Of a stretch of 64,000 bases of DNA, positions 1 to 12,773 are shown in pieces. The notes beneath the pieces were generated by a model. That model saw nothing but the letters and a program-made list of their open reading frames with translations. It searched no databases and was not told the DNA's origin. Both the position numbers and the translations under genes were made by a program. The DNA is from Bispira polyomma (taxonomy: Eukaryota): assembly GCA_965649765.1 (NCBI GenBank), contig OZ287751.1:85994001-86058000 (forward strand), given 5' to 3'. How positions within the stretch are numbered: position 1 is the stretch's first letter; the number at the start of each line of letters is the position of its first letter.

Positions 1-469
1 GAATTCTCTTAAAACAGAAGAGGTTACTATATAAAACTATTTTTCAAAATTTTGCAGAGTGAAAATGACATTGTAAAATTAAATATATACTCAGATAATT
101 GTTTCTGCTGTATACCCATGTTATATTAGCAAAACAGAGGTTTATGTTTTGTAATGAAAACAAGTCGCAGGGCTTGTCAGTTTGAACTCCGTAAAAGGAA
201 AATTTTTTGGAAAAGTTTTACTGGCATTTAAATAACCTTTTTACAACAAAGAGTCAAGTATGAATGTATTCATTAGTGTGAAGGTTCTTAAGGCATTTAC
301 TTTTTTCCTGAAGCCATAATGTTAGTTGTTTTGACATACCTGAGTGCATATTGTCTTGAAATATATAAACTTATGGATAAAGACTCATTCTCTGCTCAAA
401 GGAAGCTTCTGTGGAAGTCCTTGTATATGGAAACTGACCTGTCATTGTGTGACCCATTTAGTTTAGTAT

Positions 470-565
470 ATTGAGTTTAGTTAGGGTGTAATATCACTTT
501 AAACACTTTCTTATAATCTATGTATCACGACGGGCAGTTTACTGGTGTTAAACTAAAATACCCTG
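470..565 (-). mobile_element. 3' tail fragment of a V-type tRNA SINE
   Basis: Reverse complement reads ...cgtgatac...tgtttaaagtgatattacaccctaactaaactcaa, resembling the tail of SINE family A seen elsewhere in the window. Confidence 0.35.
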
Positions 566-662
566 TTTTTCTATATTGTTCTTGAAACATTCTACTGCAT
601 GAAACAGATTTGGCTTCTCACATAAGTGATTGCATAGACAAGTTTTACTTGATATGTATGCA

Positions 663-1139
663 TAGTAAAACCTCTATTATCTGAACTTCCTATTATCTGA
701 ATATTCGATTTAATGAACTCATTTTATCTCTCCCAAATTACACCCTTTTGACCCCTGGGTTGTCCGCAAGCTACTGGCGGAAATTGTTATTCCCAGGACC
801 TATGTCTGTCGTAAACAGTCAACATCTCTAAAGTATTTTTTTATTTTCCTTCAGTTCGTCGAAGTAGGAAATTGTTACTACATTAGTACAGCAGACTCCC
901 CCGTTAAAAAAATTAAACAAGAAGTCGATATTTAATGCTGAAAGTAGTGTGTTGTGTGTGTTTAAATGACTTTATGGAAACCTATTGCAAAATATTTCTC
1001 GCAGTCACCAAAAGGTTAATTAAGTTTTCCTATAGTTTTATACTACAGGTCCTCTTCTTTTTTTTCTTTTTTTGGACCCTTCTGTTATCCAAACAAAATC
1101 ATACTCTCCCAATATGTTCGGATAACAGATGTTCTACTG
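663..1139. mobile_element. Tc1/mariner (pogo/Tigger-like) MITE
   Basis: Left end tagtaaaacctctattatctgaac and right end gttcggataacagatgttctactg are inverted repeats of CAGTAGAACCTCTATTATCCGAAC. TA at 1140-1141. Confidence 0.65.
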
Positions 1140-2278
1140 TATATTTAGTGAAAGTCTTACAATCTGTATCAGTGAGTGTGTTCATATGAATCTCTACCCA
1201 AGTGATGATACAGAAAGTACGTGTATTAGCTATTGTACTGTATATTTACCTATACAAAAAGATTTGTTGTTTTACAATAAAGAAACTGTTTCAGGATATA
1301 TAACATCTGTATGTTGTTAGTTTTAACTGTATTTTTTGCCAATATATGTCACCTTTCCTACAACACGTCCTATTCAATTACATGTAGCTCAGTTTAACAC
1401 AGAAAAAAAAACCCATTCCATTACAAAATTTCAGTTATTCTGGCATTTTTTAGTCGGCCCATGGTTCATAAACTCATCACATTATTTTTTGTACCCTTGA
1501 TAGATAAAGCTTTTAACGGATTACCACTTTTTATGTGCCAATTGATTAAAAAGAAAGACAATCTGTTCTATTAAGTATATTTTTGAATGTCCCAATTTCT
1601 GCATACAAGCTGATGGTTGTTAAATCTGTCTAAAACCACAGACAGTCATTTTGTGGTAGTGAAAGGGGTGGTTTATACATAATAATTGTGTAAAAGACAA
1701 GGATAATTTCCATTAATTGTATTTGATCAATCATGTGTGTCAAGAACATCTGTTTATCTAACTGAACCTGACAAACTTCAGCTTTGATGGGTAGTTTTTA
1801 CTCCCCATTTTTTCTCATTTTTTTTTTATTTAAATTGAAATTAATGTGTAAAGAGGAGTAAAACAAATCTATTCACTTAGTTGAACCATGTTTTTAAACT
1901 GTTCATTAATAGCTAGGTGACACATTTTGCTATTGTATTTCATCTATGTTTTTATCTGTGCATGAAATTGAATAATATGAGGTAATGTCATTTCATGGAT
2001 TTTTTGGAGAATATCAAACAAAATCTTTGTTATTACACACTACTTTCTTCCACATTTATCTGCAGAGATGTATTTTTCTAACAAATGTTGAGGACACATT
2101 TTTCAGTTTGGAGACAATTCCTCAGTTTGTAACAAACTCAAGTTGTTTGATGTTAAGACTTTTTTAGGTGCCAAATTTAAGTCTGATTGATTCAAATATC
2201 CACACAGTTGAGTTTTTCAAAAGTTCTTTTATTAAAAACAGGAACTTTCCTTGCCATATGTCTCCTCAGCAGTTATAC

Positions 2279-3570
2279 ATAGATGTCTTTACTAGAATAC
2301 ACGAATTGTGTTCTATTTTGGTATAAATCTTGTACACTTCAGATGTAATTGGTATATAGTAAATTGTAACCTTATGAATAAGACAAGAAATATGCAAGGC
2401 TAAAAATATAGAGAAAGAAATATGAAGATTTACCATATAGAGTAAGATTTACCATATAGAGTAAGATTTACCAGAAATAGAATATTGGCTTCTTGTTAAA
2501 TCTTGTGTAAGTTTTTAAGGAAATATTTGATTTTCTTTCAGTTAATTTTGTCTTATTTAGATCATTTTGTTAATGATTTATCATAGAGTGAAAAATACCA
2601 GTATTATAAATATGGCACATTTTTTTTACTCCTGTCCCATATTTGAACCAGGATATTTGTCCAAGTATGTTTACTCTTATTGAGAAACAGGACAGTCAAT
2701 GTATACATTGATATATGATAAGAGATACGTGAATTATGCATTGAATAAATACAGAATAAATAGGGACAGTAAAAGAAAAAATCCAACACTGAGCCGCATG
2801 TAGTCATATTACAAAACCCAAATGTTTTAAAATCACGACTCTAAACCCATACACATTGTGACAGTTTGGTTTTTTTCAATCAAGGGGATGTTGCGAGCAA
2901 ATGTTTGCAAAGTGATTGTAGTTGTAGATGACTACAAATGATTACACAGTTGAGGATGAGTTAACTAAACCATGTTTGAAATCTATTGCACATTACACAA
3001 AACAAATCTAGTGTATATCTGAGATCAGCAACATTTAAACTAATGAAGTGTCATTTGGTTTGTCATTAACCGATGGTCCTAGTCAGATGATATCATTTGA
3101 GAAATACAACTCTTCATCATTGTACTTCAGGTGGGAAGGTTTGTCAGGTACTTGTCCTATGTCTGGTTTCACAGCACTAGTTTCCTCAACCATTTTATCT
3201 GGCCACTGTGATATGACCTAAGCTATTGAAAGCAACATAAAACCCAACTAAATTCAAATTTAGAAAGAGTTTCATCCAGTGCCTATTGCTTTGACCACAA
3301 ACCTTTTTGTTCTTGGGCAAGGTACTTTAAGACCTTTTTAAATTTCCATTTGCTATTAGTTATAACATATCCTGTAACTGATTGTTATTACATATATGTA
3401 ACCACCTATAATGTTTAGCGTGAAAGATACTTCATGTAAATGAAAGTTTTATATGGAAAAATATTTCTTTATGATTAAATTGGCAGGTCTTGCTGTTTTA
3501 AATCTGTTTCTAAAACTTATTCCATCAGTTACTGGTACACGCAGCATTCGAATAAATGGCAAAAAAAAAA
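2279..3570 (+). repeat. Segmental duplication copy 1 (paralog of 3804-4957)
   Basis: Colinear similarity from atagatgtctttact to gaataaatggcaaaaa. Both copies carry the same truncated SINE at the same position. Confidence 0.85.
3125..3260 (+). mobile_element. SINE family A, 5'-truncated
   Basis: Body and tail gtgggaaggtttgtcaggtacttg...gatatgacctaagctattgaaagc...aattcaaat, shared with ~10 copies. Confidence 0.8.
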
Positions 3571-3803
3571 TAAAATTGCATAATCTCCTATTTATTGTTT
3601 TCATAAATATCTTGGTATACTGTTGAGAGCAAACTTATCCCTCTATATTATGTTGGTACCCTTAGATCATTAGTGGAATTTTTGGCAAGTGGTTTTGTGA
3701 TTGCTAATCTCCACTATGAAGGGATAATACCATGATTAACTCTGTTAAAAGAACAACTGAGAGATCATTTTTAAAAAGTTTATACAAAAGCTTCTTGTTC
3801 TGA

Positions 3804-4957
3804 ATAGATGTCTTTACTGTCATACAAGGATTGTGTTCTATTTCATTATGAATATTCTTACAACACTTTAAATCCAATTATTATATAGCAAATTGTTGCC
3901 TTACGCAAGGCTAAATATAAAGAGTAAGAAATCTGAAGATTTACCATAGATAGAATATTGGCTTCTTATGCAATCTTGTGTAAATTTTGAAGGAAATACT
4001 ACTTTTGATATTTCATCTCTTAACATTTGGATACTTTACCACAATAAGCCCATATTTTATTTCCTTTCAATTAATTTTGTCTTATTCAGATAATTTTGTT
4101 AATTAAGTATCATAAAGTAAAACTAGGGTTAGGGGGGGGGGGGGGGGTTAGACTAAATAAGGATTATAAAAGAAAAAAAGCACAACACTGCGCCACATAT
4201 AGTCGTATTACAAAATCCAAATCTTTTAGATCATGACTCTAAACCCATATAAATTGTGACAGTTGAGTTTTTTTAAAGCTGAAAACACTTGGTAGCAAAA
4301 TTAAGGGAATGCTACAAGCTGACAATGTTTGTAAAGTGATTATAGTTGTAGATGACTACAAATTATTATTATTGAGGATGATTTTAAAAAACCATGTTTA
4401 ACATTTATTACACAAAACAAATGTAGTGTCATTAAAACAATGAAGTGTCATTTGGTTTGTCATTAACACATAATCATGGTCAGATGATATCATTTGAGAA
4501 CTGTAACTCTACATCCTGGTATTACATGTGGGAAGGTTTGTCAGGTACTGGCCATAAGCTAGTGGTTTTACAGTCCTTCAGCACTGGTTTCTTCCTTCAT
4601 TATATCTGGCCACTGTGATATGACCTAAGCTGTTGAAAGCGACATAAAAGCCCAAACTTAATTCAAATTAAGAAAGAGTTTGATTTAATGCCTATTGGAT
4701 CTTTAAGACTGGTACTTTAACACTTAATAAAACTCCTATTTGCAAGTAGTTATAACATATCCTGTAACTGATTGTTATTACATATATGTAACCCACTAAC
4801 TTTCAGTGTGACACATACTGCATTGGGTATAGGGGAAAATGTTATATAAAAAGTATTTTCTCATTATTAAATTGGCAGGTCTTACTGTTTTAACCCTATT
4901 TCTAAAATTTGTTCCCTCAGTACAAGTACACACAACATATGAATCAATGCCAAAAAG
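3804..4957 (+). repeat. Segmental duplication copy 2 (paralog of 2279-3570)
   Basis: Colinear with copy 1. Has a G16 tract (4132-4147) where copy 1 has a different, longer segment. Confidence 0.85.
4522..4669 (+). mobile_element. SINE family A, 5'-truncated
   Basis: Same body and tail as 3125-3260. Confidence 0.8.
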
Positions 4958-5424
4958 AAGTTTTTTAACAACTATTGTGCTACCATGAGTGCTTTGTTAT
5001 GAACATTTCTACTACAAAATTTTCATTTAGTGTCTTATTCTATTCTTAAATGTAATCTATATTATTCCAGACTACTTGTTTTTAATCCATAGTTCCCTTA
5101 TTGTTTGGCACATAGGGGAAATTTTACTTCATGCTCTTACTATATGTTTGTATAGTTCAGGATCCATTTAATTGTTTATTTCAAATTGTACTGCGGGTGC
5201 AGTAAATAACCTAATACTAAGAACAAATAACAAGAAGAAGTTATAAAAATTAACTTTCTTTAAGATATAATAATATTTACAATAATAATTTGAATTAAAA
5301 ATTATGAAATGGTTATCTAACTTTCCCCTCAATTCTTTCCAACTGATTTTACAGGTTAAGCTATACAACAAGATTAGAACCCAGTGATGAAGAACTGATG
5401 ATAGAAAGTAGACAGTCTGTTAGC

Positions 5425-5600
5425 TGAACTTCTATTATCCAAACATTCGATTTTATGAACACATTTCCACTCGCCCAAAATTGATGCTTTCTGATTGTTT
5501 GATGTGGAAATCCCTCTTCTATTTTAATACGAATCTTCTATTATCCGAACACAATCTTGCTATCTCTCTCAACTTGTTCGGATAATAGAGGTTCTGTGTA
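5425..5600. mobile_element. Tc1/mariner MITE remnant (family of 663-1139)
   Basis: Repeated ctattatccgaac motifs and right TIR gttcggataatagaggttctgtgta. Confidence 0.6.
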
Positions 5601-6630
5601 CAAATACACTGTACCTAAATATGTACATTTCATTTTGAAGACTGAGGCATCATTCTTATTTCTAACCTCATATATACATGTCATGTTATCAGTCATCAAA
5701 CAAACACAAAAAGAACACAGTGTAATAATATATGAGGTATTAAGTTACTGAAGGTTCTTTCGCAAAAAGCCTGTCTTGATGTCCTTATAATGCAATCTAC
5801 TCTTCTTACGCTTTACTGTTCACATGACTCGACAGGAAGTGTTTTAATGGAAAGTAATATTTCAGATGACATATTCTTCGTGTGGGACATCTGAAATAGA
5901 ATAAACCCCCATTTTGTGTTTTTATTTATAAATATTAAATAAAATTGAATCACAAATGGGGGATTTCTCTTCCACATGTCCCTTAAATAAATAAATGGTC
6001 TACATAATGATGAGTAATTTGGATTTTGGTCGTTGTCTGTTTCCAGAATTTTTTCAAGCCACAAATAACTTAAATACTGATAGACAAAGGGCTTATTAAT
6101 CCACCATTACAATCACTTTTTCTGAGAATCTCTCTGTGTGTGTGGTGGTTTCAGTTGGGGAATGTCAATTTTGTGCCATAAAAGATGATATCACGTTGTG
6201 ACTTTTTAACCAACTAACACTAATCATGATTTGTAGTAATAATTTAAGTAAGTTTGTTTCCTTCTCTACTAAACCAAACCACCACCTTTAAAGTACCATG
6301 ACATAAATAAGCCTTCATTGTGACTGGATGTTGTAATATGGTACGGTTGTTACTGAAAGTTTTTTTTGTTAATTGAAATATTAGATGATAAAATGTGACA
6401 CATAAAATATATCATATTCTTTGTTATGTGTGGGTAAACCTTCCTTGGGTAAACACTCTCAGCTTAAATAACCGATATATACATTATCACTCATTTAAAT
6501 CATAGTTAGTTCTCTCCTGCTAATGGAGAAAAATGAGGAAGTCTTTCTGAAGTTATCAGTTTGAAGAAAGTTCAATACAAATTAAGAAATTGGATCAATG
6601 ATTTTTTTAAAGATGAAATTGTGTGTCTGT

Positions 6631-6717
6631 TACGGAAGAGTATAAGGGCCAACTTTTTTTTAAAATTTTTATTTTGAATTGTCGATAGTATCTCGATAAA
6701 TTAAGATAACTTAGATG

Positions 6718-6751
<34 letters not shown>

Positions 6752-8295
6752 AATTGTCGAGATAATATCTCGATAAATCGAGATAATTAAAAGGAATCTT
6801 TTTTTTTCAATTGTCACCATATTAATTATCCACCATGGAGAAGGAAGGTGTGTGATTGGCCAACTGAACAGCCAACATGGAAAAGGGCACAAACAGTCAT
6901 CGGGTCAAAATTAATCGGCCAACAGTCACAGAGATCAAAAGTAGTTAATCAGCAAACAGTCATAGGGTCAAAAGTAGTTAATTAGGGCAAGACACAAACA
7001 GTCATAGATGTCAAAAGTAGTAAATTAGGGCAAGACACAAACAGTCATAGAGGTCAAAAGTAGTTAACTAGGGCAAGACACAAACAGTCATAGAGGTCAA
7101 AAGTAGTTAATTAGGGCTAGACACAAACAGTTATAGAGGTCAAAAGTAGTTAATTAGGGCTAGACACAAACCGTCATAGAGGTCAAAAGTAGTTAATCAG
7201 CAAACAGTCATAGGGTCAAAAGTAGTTAATCAGGGCAAGATACAAACAGTCATAGATGTCAAAAGTAGTTAATCAGGGCTAGACACAAACAGTCATAGAG
7301 GTCAAAAGTAGTTAATCAGCAAACAGTCATAGGGTCAAAAGTAGTTAATCAGCAAACAGTGATGGAGTCAAAAGTAGTTAATTAGGGCTAGACAAAAACA
7401 GTCATAGATGTCAAAAGTAGTTAATCAGCAAACAGTCACAGGGTCAAAAGTAGTTAATCAGGGCAAGATACAAACAGTCATAGTTAGGGTCAAAAGTAGT
7501 TAATCAGGCTTTTAACAAAAGTCAATTTCAACAAAATTGGTCAGTATTTGTCATTTTATTTACTAATTACAATTTTAGGTGACCAAGAAGTTAGGGCCAC
7601 TTTAACATAATTAAGTTAACCATGAGTATAGATAACACAGTGACTTTGAGGTCACCTTACTAAACTACAGAGATTTACCATTTTAAATTACCAAGGGTGA
7701 CTTAAAGTCACCATAATGTGAATGACTTTAAGGTTAACATTAACTATAATAACCATGCTTTTAAGGTTAACTTTAATTGGGAAAAGTAGAATGACTTAAT
7801 GTCATCTACCCATTATAGCATACTACTAGTAAAGAAGAGACTCAAGGTCATCTTACATTTAGTTTAAGCTACTTGAATCTTTACTAGTAACTAGCAGTTT
7901 TAGTTAAGGCAACCTTAAGGGCTACCTTTTAAAATAAACTTCCATTTATATTTAAGGGATTACTTGTAGTATGTACTATATGTTACAAATGCGTTATATA
8001 CATAATTTACTAAAATGCCCAAACGCCATGCTATCAACTATTGTACATTGGAAAATAAAATATACAAAAAAAAAAAAAAAATCTTAATTATCTCGATTTA
8101 TCGAGATATTATCTCGACAATTCAAAAAAAACAAAAAAAAAAAAAAAAAAAAATTCTTCTAAATTATCTCGATTTATCGAGATATTATCTTGACAATTCA
8201 AATTGTTTTTTTTAAAAATTATCTCGATTTATCGAGATATTATCTCGGCAATTCAAAAAAAAAGAAAAAAAAGTTGGCCCTTACACTCTTCCGTA
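6631..8295. mobile_element. Non-autonomous DNA transposon, TAC..GTA termini, 6-bp TSD (IS3EU-like)
   Basis: TIR TACGGAAGAGT(A/G)TAAGGGCCAACTTTTTT. TSD GTCTGT at 6625-6630 and 8296-8301. Empty paralogous site gtgtgtctgctatatttg at ~11672. Palindromic subterminal repeats gaattgtcgagataatatctcgataaatcgagataat. Confidence 0.85.
6891..7510 (+). repeat. Minisatellite, ~16 units of two lengths (~43 bp and ~33-34 bp)
   Basis: Core aaacagtcatag(a)ggtcaaaagtagttaat followed by either tagggcaagacac or cagc. Confidence 0.95.
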
Positions 8296-9473
8296 GTCTG
8301 TTATATTTCATAATTTTTAAGAAAGTTTAAGTAGGTTATTGTACCTATTTTTCTACCATAAGGTGTGTTGGATTATGGATCTTTAATACACCTTCTTTTG
8401 ATGTCTGCAATGTTGTAAAGCATAATGTCAGAATTAATCCATCATTCATCATTATCGTAATACATAGTCATTTGGTCCTCATCAATAGTATTAGGGGCTC
8501 ACATCTTACCAATATGTTATTCCCTGATGACCATTATATGGTATTTACTGGACCAACTACCTAATCACCTCTTGGCTGCAGGAGACCCATTAGTCTTAAT
8601 ATTTTAGACATAAATGTTAAGCTTTAGACTAAGTTTAGACTCTGACCCTTTTTGGTGAATACCCCTCATAAAAAAAAAAAAAACCCAGTGGCTGTGAGAA
8701 TTACTCTGGTCACAGATGTTACCCTGAAAAGGTTCATGTCAATGGACTGTCTTGTTTTGTGTCAATGTTTGCAGTAGCAGGAGGGAAACCATAGTTAATG
8801 TAAAGAAAGGCAAAGAGGGGTGGGTGGTATAGATTCACAGATTGTCACACTTTTCACAAGACTACTATAGACAGATATTTACATAGCAGAGTGACATCAA
8901 ATGCTGTATATTTATATATAGCTTCCTGTGGTAGGTTTTTGCCATCTGAAATGTGTTTCTAAAGCATGGTTCACACGCACATGGGTGCGTCATACCAGTA
9001 CTGAGCAACAGTACTTCAATGGCTCGGTCACACTGGGCTTTTGTATCAATTATGCACAAAAAAAAAAAAAAAAGCAAGCGGGAAATGAAATGTAATTGTT
9101 TACATAACAAATCTATTATATGTAGTTAAAACAGGAACCAAAATTTACACGTTATGTGGCCTAGTATGCGTGAGAAATATGATGGATACAAATATATAGC
9201 ATATGCGTGCACATCATTCATTCACGTCAAACCTATCCGCCAATGGGGGAAGAACCTTTACTTTTATATAGCCTTTTTATTTGTGGTTCAATTTTACTTA
9301 TTCTTTCTTTGTTTTGTTCAGTGTCTCAAATGGTAGTATTAAATACCTGTACTTTAATACAAGGAAACTGTACAGTTGATTCAACTATCTGTACAAAAAT
9401 CTGTGTGTTATGTTGAGTGGTGCTATAGTTAAGACCTGGTCTTATTCTATGACCCTTTGATGTGGCATGTTAC

Positions 9474-9713
9474 GCCTCAAATGGACTGTGACGCCAAGCT
9501 ACGCATATACTCACTAACACTCACTTATGAGAAAAGAAGACATAATGGACACTTGCGAATACTCACTAATTGCAACAAATGGTCACTTACAGCTACTAAT
9601 TGACACTAAGGCGAAACGAGTTAGAACAAGCCAACACAAACGGCTACTGACGAGAAACGAATCAAGATGTATACACCTACGCCCTCCCTTCACAAATACG
9701 TGCATTTATCCGT
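9474..9713 (+). repeat. Unclassified dispersed repeat (paralog of 46933-47211)
   Basis: Shared blocks ctcact(t/a)atgag.aaagaagacataa, ctactaattgacactaa and atcaaga.gtata. Confidence 0.7.
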
Positions 9714-11504
9714 GAAAGTTTTAAACATTTCAAAACTTTTGTGATGGCACAACTAATGCTCACGGATATCAATGAAGAGTTCTGAAGTGCTGCTGATGTA
9801 GACCAATCTGGAACAAAGTTAAAATGTACTGTCACTGACTGATATAAAGACGTTTGTGGTGCATTTGTGATGTCCATTTGTGTAAATGAGACCTAGGTAT
9901 TAGTTATAACGACAGAGGAATCATAATAAATATACCACTTTAAAAGCTTAATCTGCATATTTTTGTACACGCGTACACTGACATTTTTAAATAAATAAAA
10001 TATTTTTTTTTATTCAAAAGTAGATATTACCTTGAACACTATAGTCGATTACAATTAGGCAAGGCTCCAAATCTCCCTATACTGTGATGGAGTTTTCTGA
10101 ATGTAAACATAATGTACTTTTATATAGTATCTCATCTCAACAAACAACATCTGCTTGTTACAGTCGGGTAGTATACTTCTACCTCTGACAGAGGAATATC
10201 TATCGTTACTTAAAAAAAAACTAATATCTTTGGGGATTCTTTTTTGTCCAAATCAAATGAGACTTTCTGCCAAAAGTTAATAATCCTTTTCGCCAATGTT
10301 ATGACTGAAGCATATTTATTTGGATGAGCATTAATCAGTAAACATTCCACCATAAATATTACTTATTTTTACCCTGAACTAGATGCTTTGGTCATTTACA
10401 TAAATATACTGTGGAAATGCTATAGTTTTCAAATTACAGTTCAGTAGTGAAATTTAAAAAAATACAACAATGACAAATTTACTGTGTTGAAAAGGGAAGA
10501 CGAGAACACAATGCACGCGTTCAAGCCACGCTATCTGAATTTGTTTCTAAAATGTTTTCGTATAGGCATAATGTTGACACGTGTACGTTGTTCAAGTACA
10601 CTATCGAGAATGCCCCCAAACTGGAAGTGATTAAATCAAAGGAAAGATAATGTGATAATACTAAAAATAGGTTCATTGACGTATTTGTGACTTGTTTGTA
10701 AATAAGTAGTTATTACATTAATGAGTTATTTAAAGCAGTCAATACTATCCGGACAACAATGCAGTTGTACAATGTACCATTGTAATATTGCAGACGAGAA
10801 CTTACTTATCTTTTGATATTTTTGTGATAAATCATCAGCTAGATAAGGTATTATATATCAGTGTAAAACAGATGTTTTGTTTAAATTAATTAACTTTGTA
10901 AATTTCTTTTTGTGTGAGAACTGGCTGTCAAACAACTGTGTAAAAGTAATTTTAATATATGTGAATATGCAAGTAACAAGAATGTTCATACTTCATAATA
11001 CAGGTAATTTACCCATGACATAAACAGTGCAACTAATTTGTATTGATAGACAATGTATACTCAATAAATGCATTTGAAAAGTTCATTTGGCAAAACAAAA
11101 ATGTGACAAATTCCTGGTGTATGTGTCGTAAAAAGTATACAAGAATAGGAATACAAAAGTAAGATATTAGCATGATAAGGTATATTACCAGTTAATTTGT
11201 ACCAATGAAACCAATTGTAGTATGTACAGATCTCTGATGAAACTAGTTTTGCGAAATATTGTGGAAAGCTTCAAGGTAAGATTAAAAAAGGTTTCTTCAT
11301 TCTTCGAAGAGGCTTCACTTTACGACGTCGTAATTTGAGACTAATAGCTTCATTTACATTGTAAGTAAAGATTAGAAACTATTCGTATAAATTATTTATA
11401 TCTCCCTTGTTCCTCTTAACTTAGCTTATGTCATATATCATTGATCCCTGAACTGATATTTAGTTTGTTTGCTAACATTTCAGGACCTTAATTAAACCAA
11501 ACAG

Positions 11505-12292
11505 AAAACCTTCCTTGGGTGAACACATTACATTAACAATCACATAAATCATAGTCAGTTCTCTCCTGTTAACGCAGAAAAATGAGGAAGTCTTTCTGAG
11601 GTAATCAGTTTAAAGAAAGTTTAACACAGCGGAAGAAATTGGATCGATGAATAATTTTTAAAGATTATATTGTGTGTCTGCTATATTTGATAATTTGAAA
11701 GAAAGTGCATGTAGGTTTATTGCACCTGTGTTTCTAGCTTAAGGTGTATTGCATTGTGGATCTTTTAACACACCTTCTTCTGATGCCGGGGTATCATGCA
11801 AAGTAAAATGTCAGAATTTATAAACCATTCATTATTATCATCACACATAACCGGTTGGTCGTCATCAGTAGGTTGAGGCGAGTTCACATGTTGGACAAAG
11901 GTATTTCCCCCTAATGACCATTATATAGTGTTTACCAGGCCAACTATAAGAATAACACCCAATAAACCATAGTATACACAGAATTTTACCATCATTCAAG
12001 GTTTTGGCCGACTCAGAGGGAAACCATGGTTTGGAGTGTGTTATTCCAATTCTAACATGACAAAATAATAAGAAAGATAAAACTTACTTTAAAAATAAAA
12101 AAAAAATATCGTCATAAACGTACATAAACACAGACTGTTTCGTCTTACTCACCTTGCCAGGGTGAACTAAGGGAATCAACCGCCCATGAGTATACACAGA
12201 ATTTTACCGATGCTTTCGGCTAATCAGAATCGCTGACAAAGCTGTGGCCCAATAGAATACCTATAATGACCTCTAGGCTGCTTGAAACCCAC
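11505..12292 (+). repeat. Dispersed duplicated segment copy 2, interrupted by element 11947-12259
   Basis: Colinear with 6435-6630 plus 8296-8590. Confidence 0.85.
11947..12259 (+). mobile_element. Non-autonomous hairpin element, Crypton(A)-like
   Basis: Absent from the paralog (ccaactacctaatcacc at ~8553). 5' inverted repeat gaataacaccc..aaaccatag / ccatggtttggagtgtgttattc. Internal direct repeat agtatacacagaattttacc (~11971 and ~12189). No terminal inverted repeats. Confidence 0.55.
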
Positions 12293-12671
12293 CACAGTGT
12301 ATGGCTTGTAAGTGATTGTATTGGACACAAATAATGGGCAAGGTATAAGGAACAGAATTTCTGTAGATATGAAGAAACAAGCTGGGTGAACATAGATAGT
12401 TGAGATGAGAGAACAATTTAAATTATTTCAGAGATTCCCCAGTAAATAACAGTCTCTTAACATTAAGTTTAAAGAGGACAAAGAAGAAGTATTCACAGTA
12501 GCCCAATCTGCTATTGACAAAGGCATTTAGTTACACCAGTAACAGGGCTGCAATAAGATTGTAGACTCTTTTTGTAAGTCTACGGTGTCAGTCCAGAAGG
12601 ATCTTATATACTTGGGCGACAATTAGAGGTTTGAGGTTATCTAAGTAATGGTGGTCTGATAGTGTTTTCAT

Positions 12672-12773
12672 TCTGAAAAGGGTACCATCATCCTTGAAAT
12701 ATTTTTTAAGGTCTTCATAGATTGGGTTGGAAACAATCGACCTGGCCAAACTGAGGGGGGTGTCAGATTAATA
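12672..12773 (-). repeat. Dispersed ~100-150 bp repeat family (also 19452-19522, 19555-19680, 41769-41918, 44593-44664)
   Basis: Shared atctgacacccctcagtttgg.caggtcgattgctttcaaccaatccatgaaggcct...ttcaagatggcg. Confidence 0.75.

Larger units (their letters stand above)
6435..8590 (+). repeat. Dispersed duplicated segment copy 1 (paralog of 11505-12292), interrupted by element 6631-8295
   Basis: Colinear with 11505-12292 from aaaccttccttgggt to ggctgcaggagaccca once the insertions are removed. Confidence 0.85.

Noticed and set aside
4132-4147. Poly-G tracts (4132, 34030) as functional elements
   Set aside because: No supporting context, and the lengths may be sequencing artefacts.
6508-6605. 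Conserved in-frame TGA (GEK*GSLSEVISLKKV in both paralogs) read as selenocysteine or a mitochondrial-code NUMT
   Set aside because: The paralog has additional TAA stops, I recognised no mitochondrial protein or selenoprotein, and no SECIS was evident.
6891-7510. CRISPR-like array
   Set aside because: There are no unique spacers, only two recurring unit variants. The context is eukaryotic and has no cas genes.
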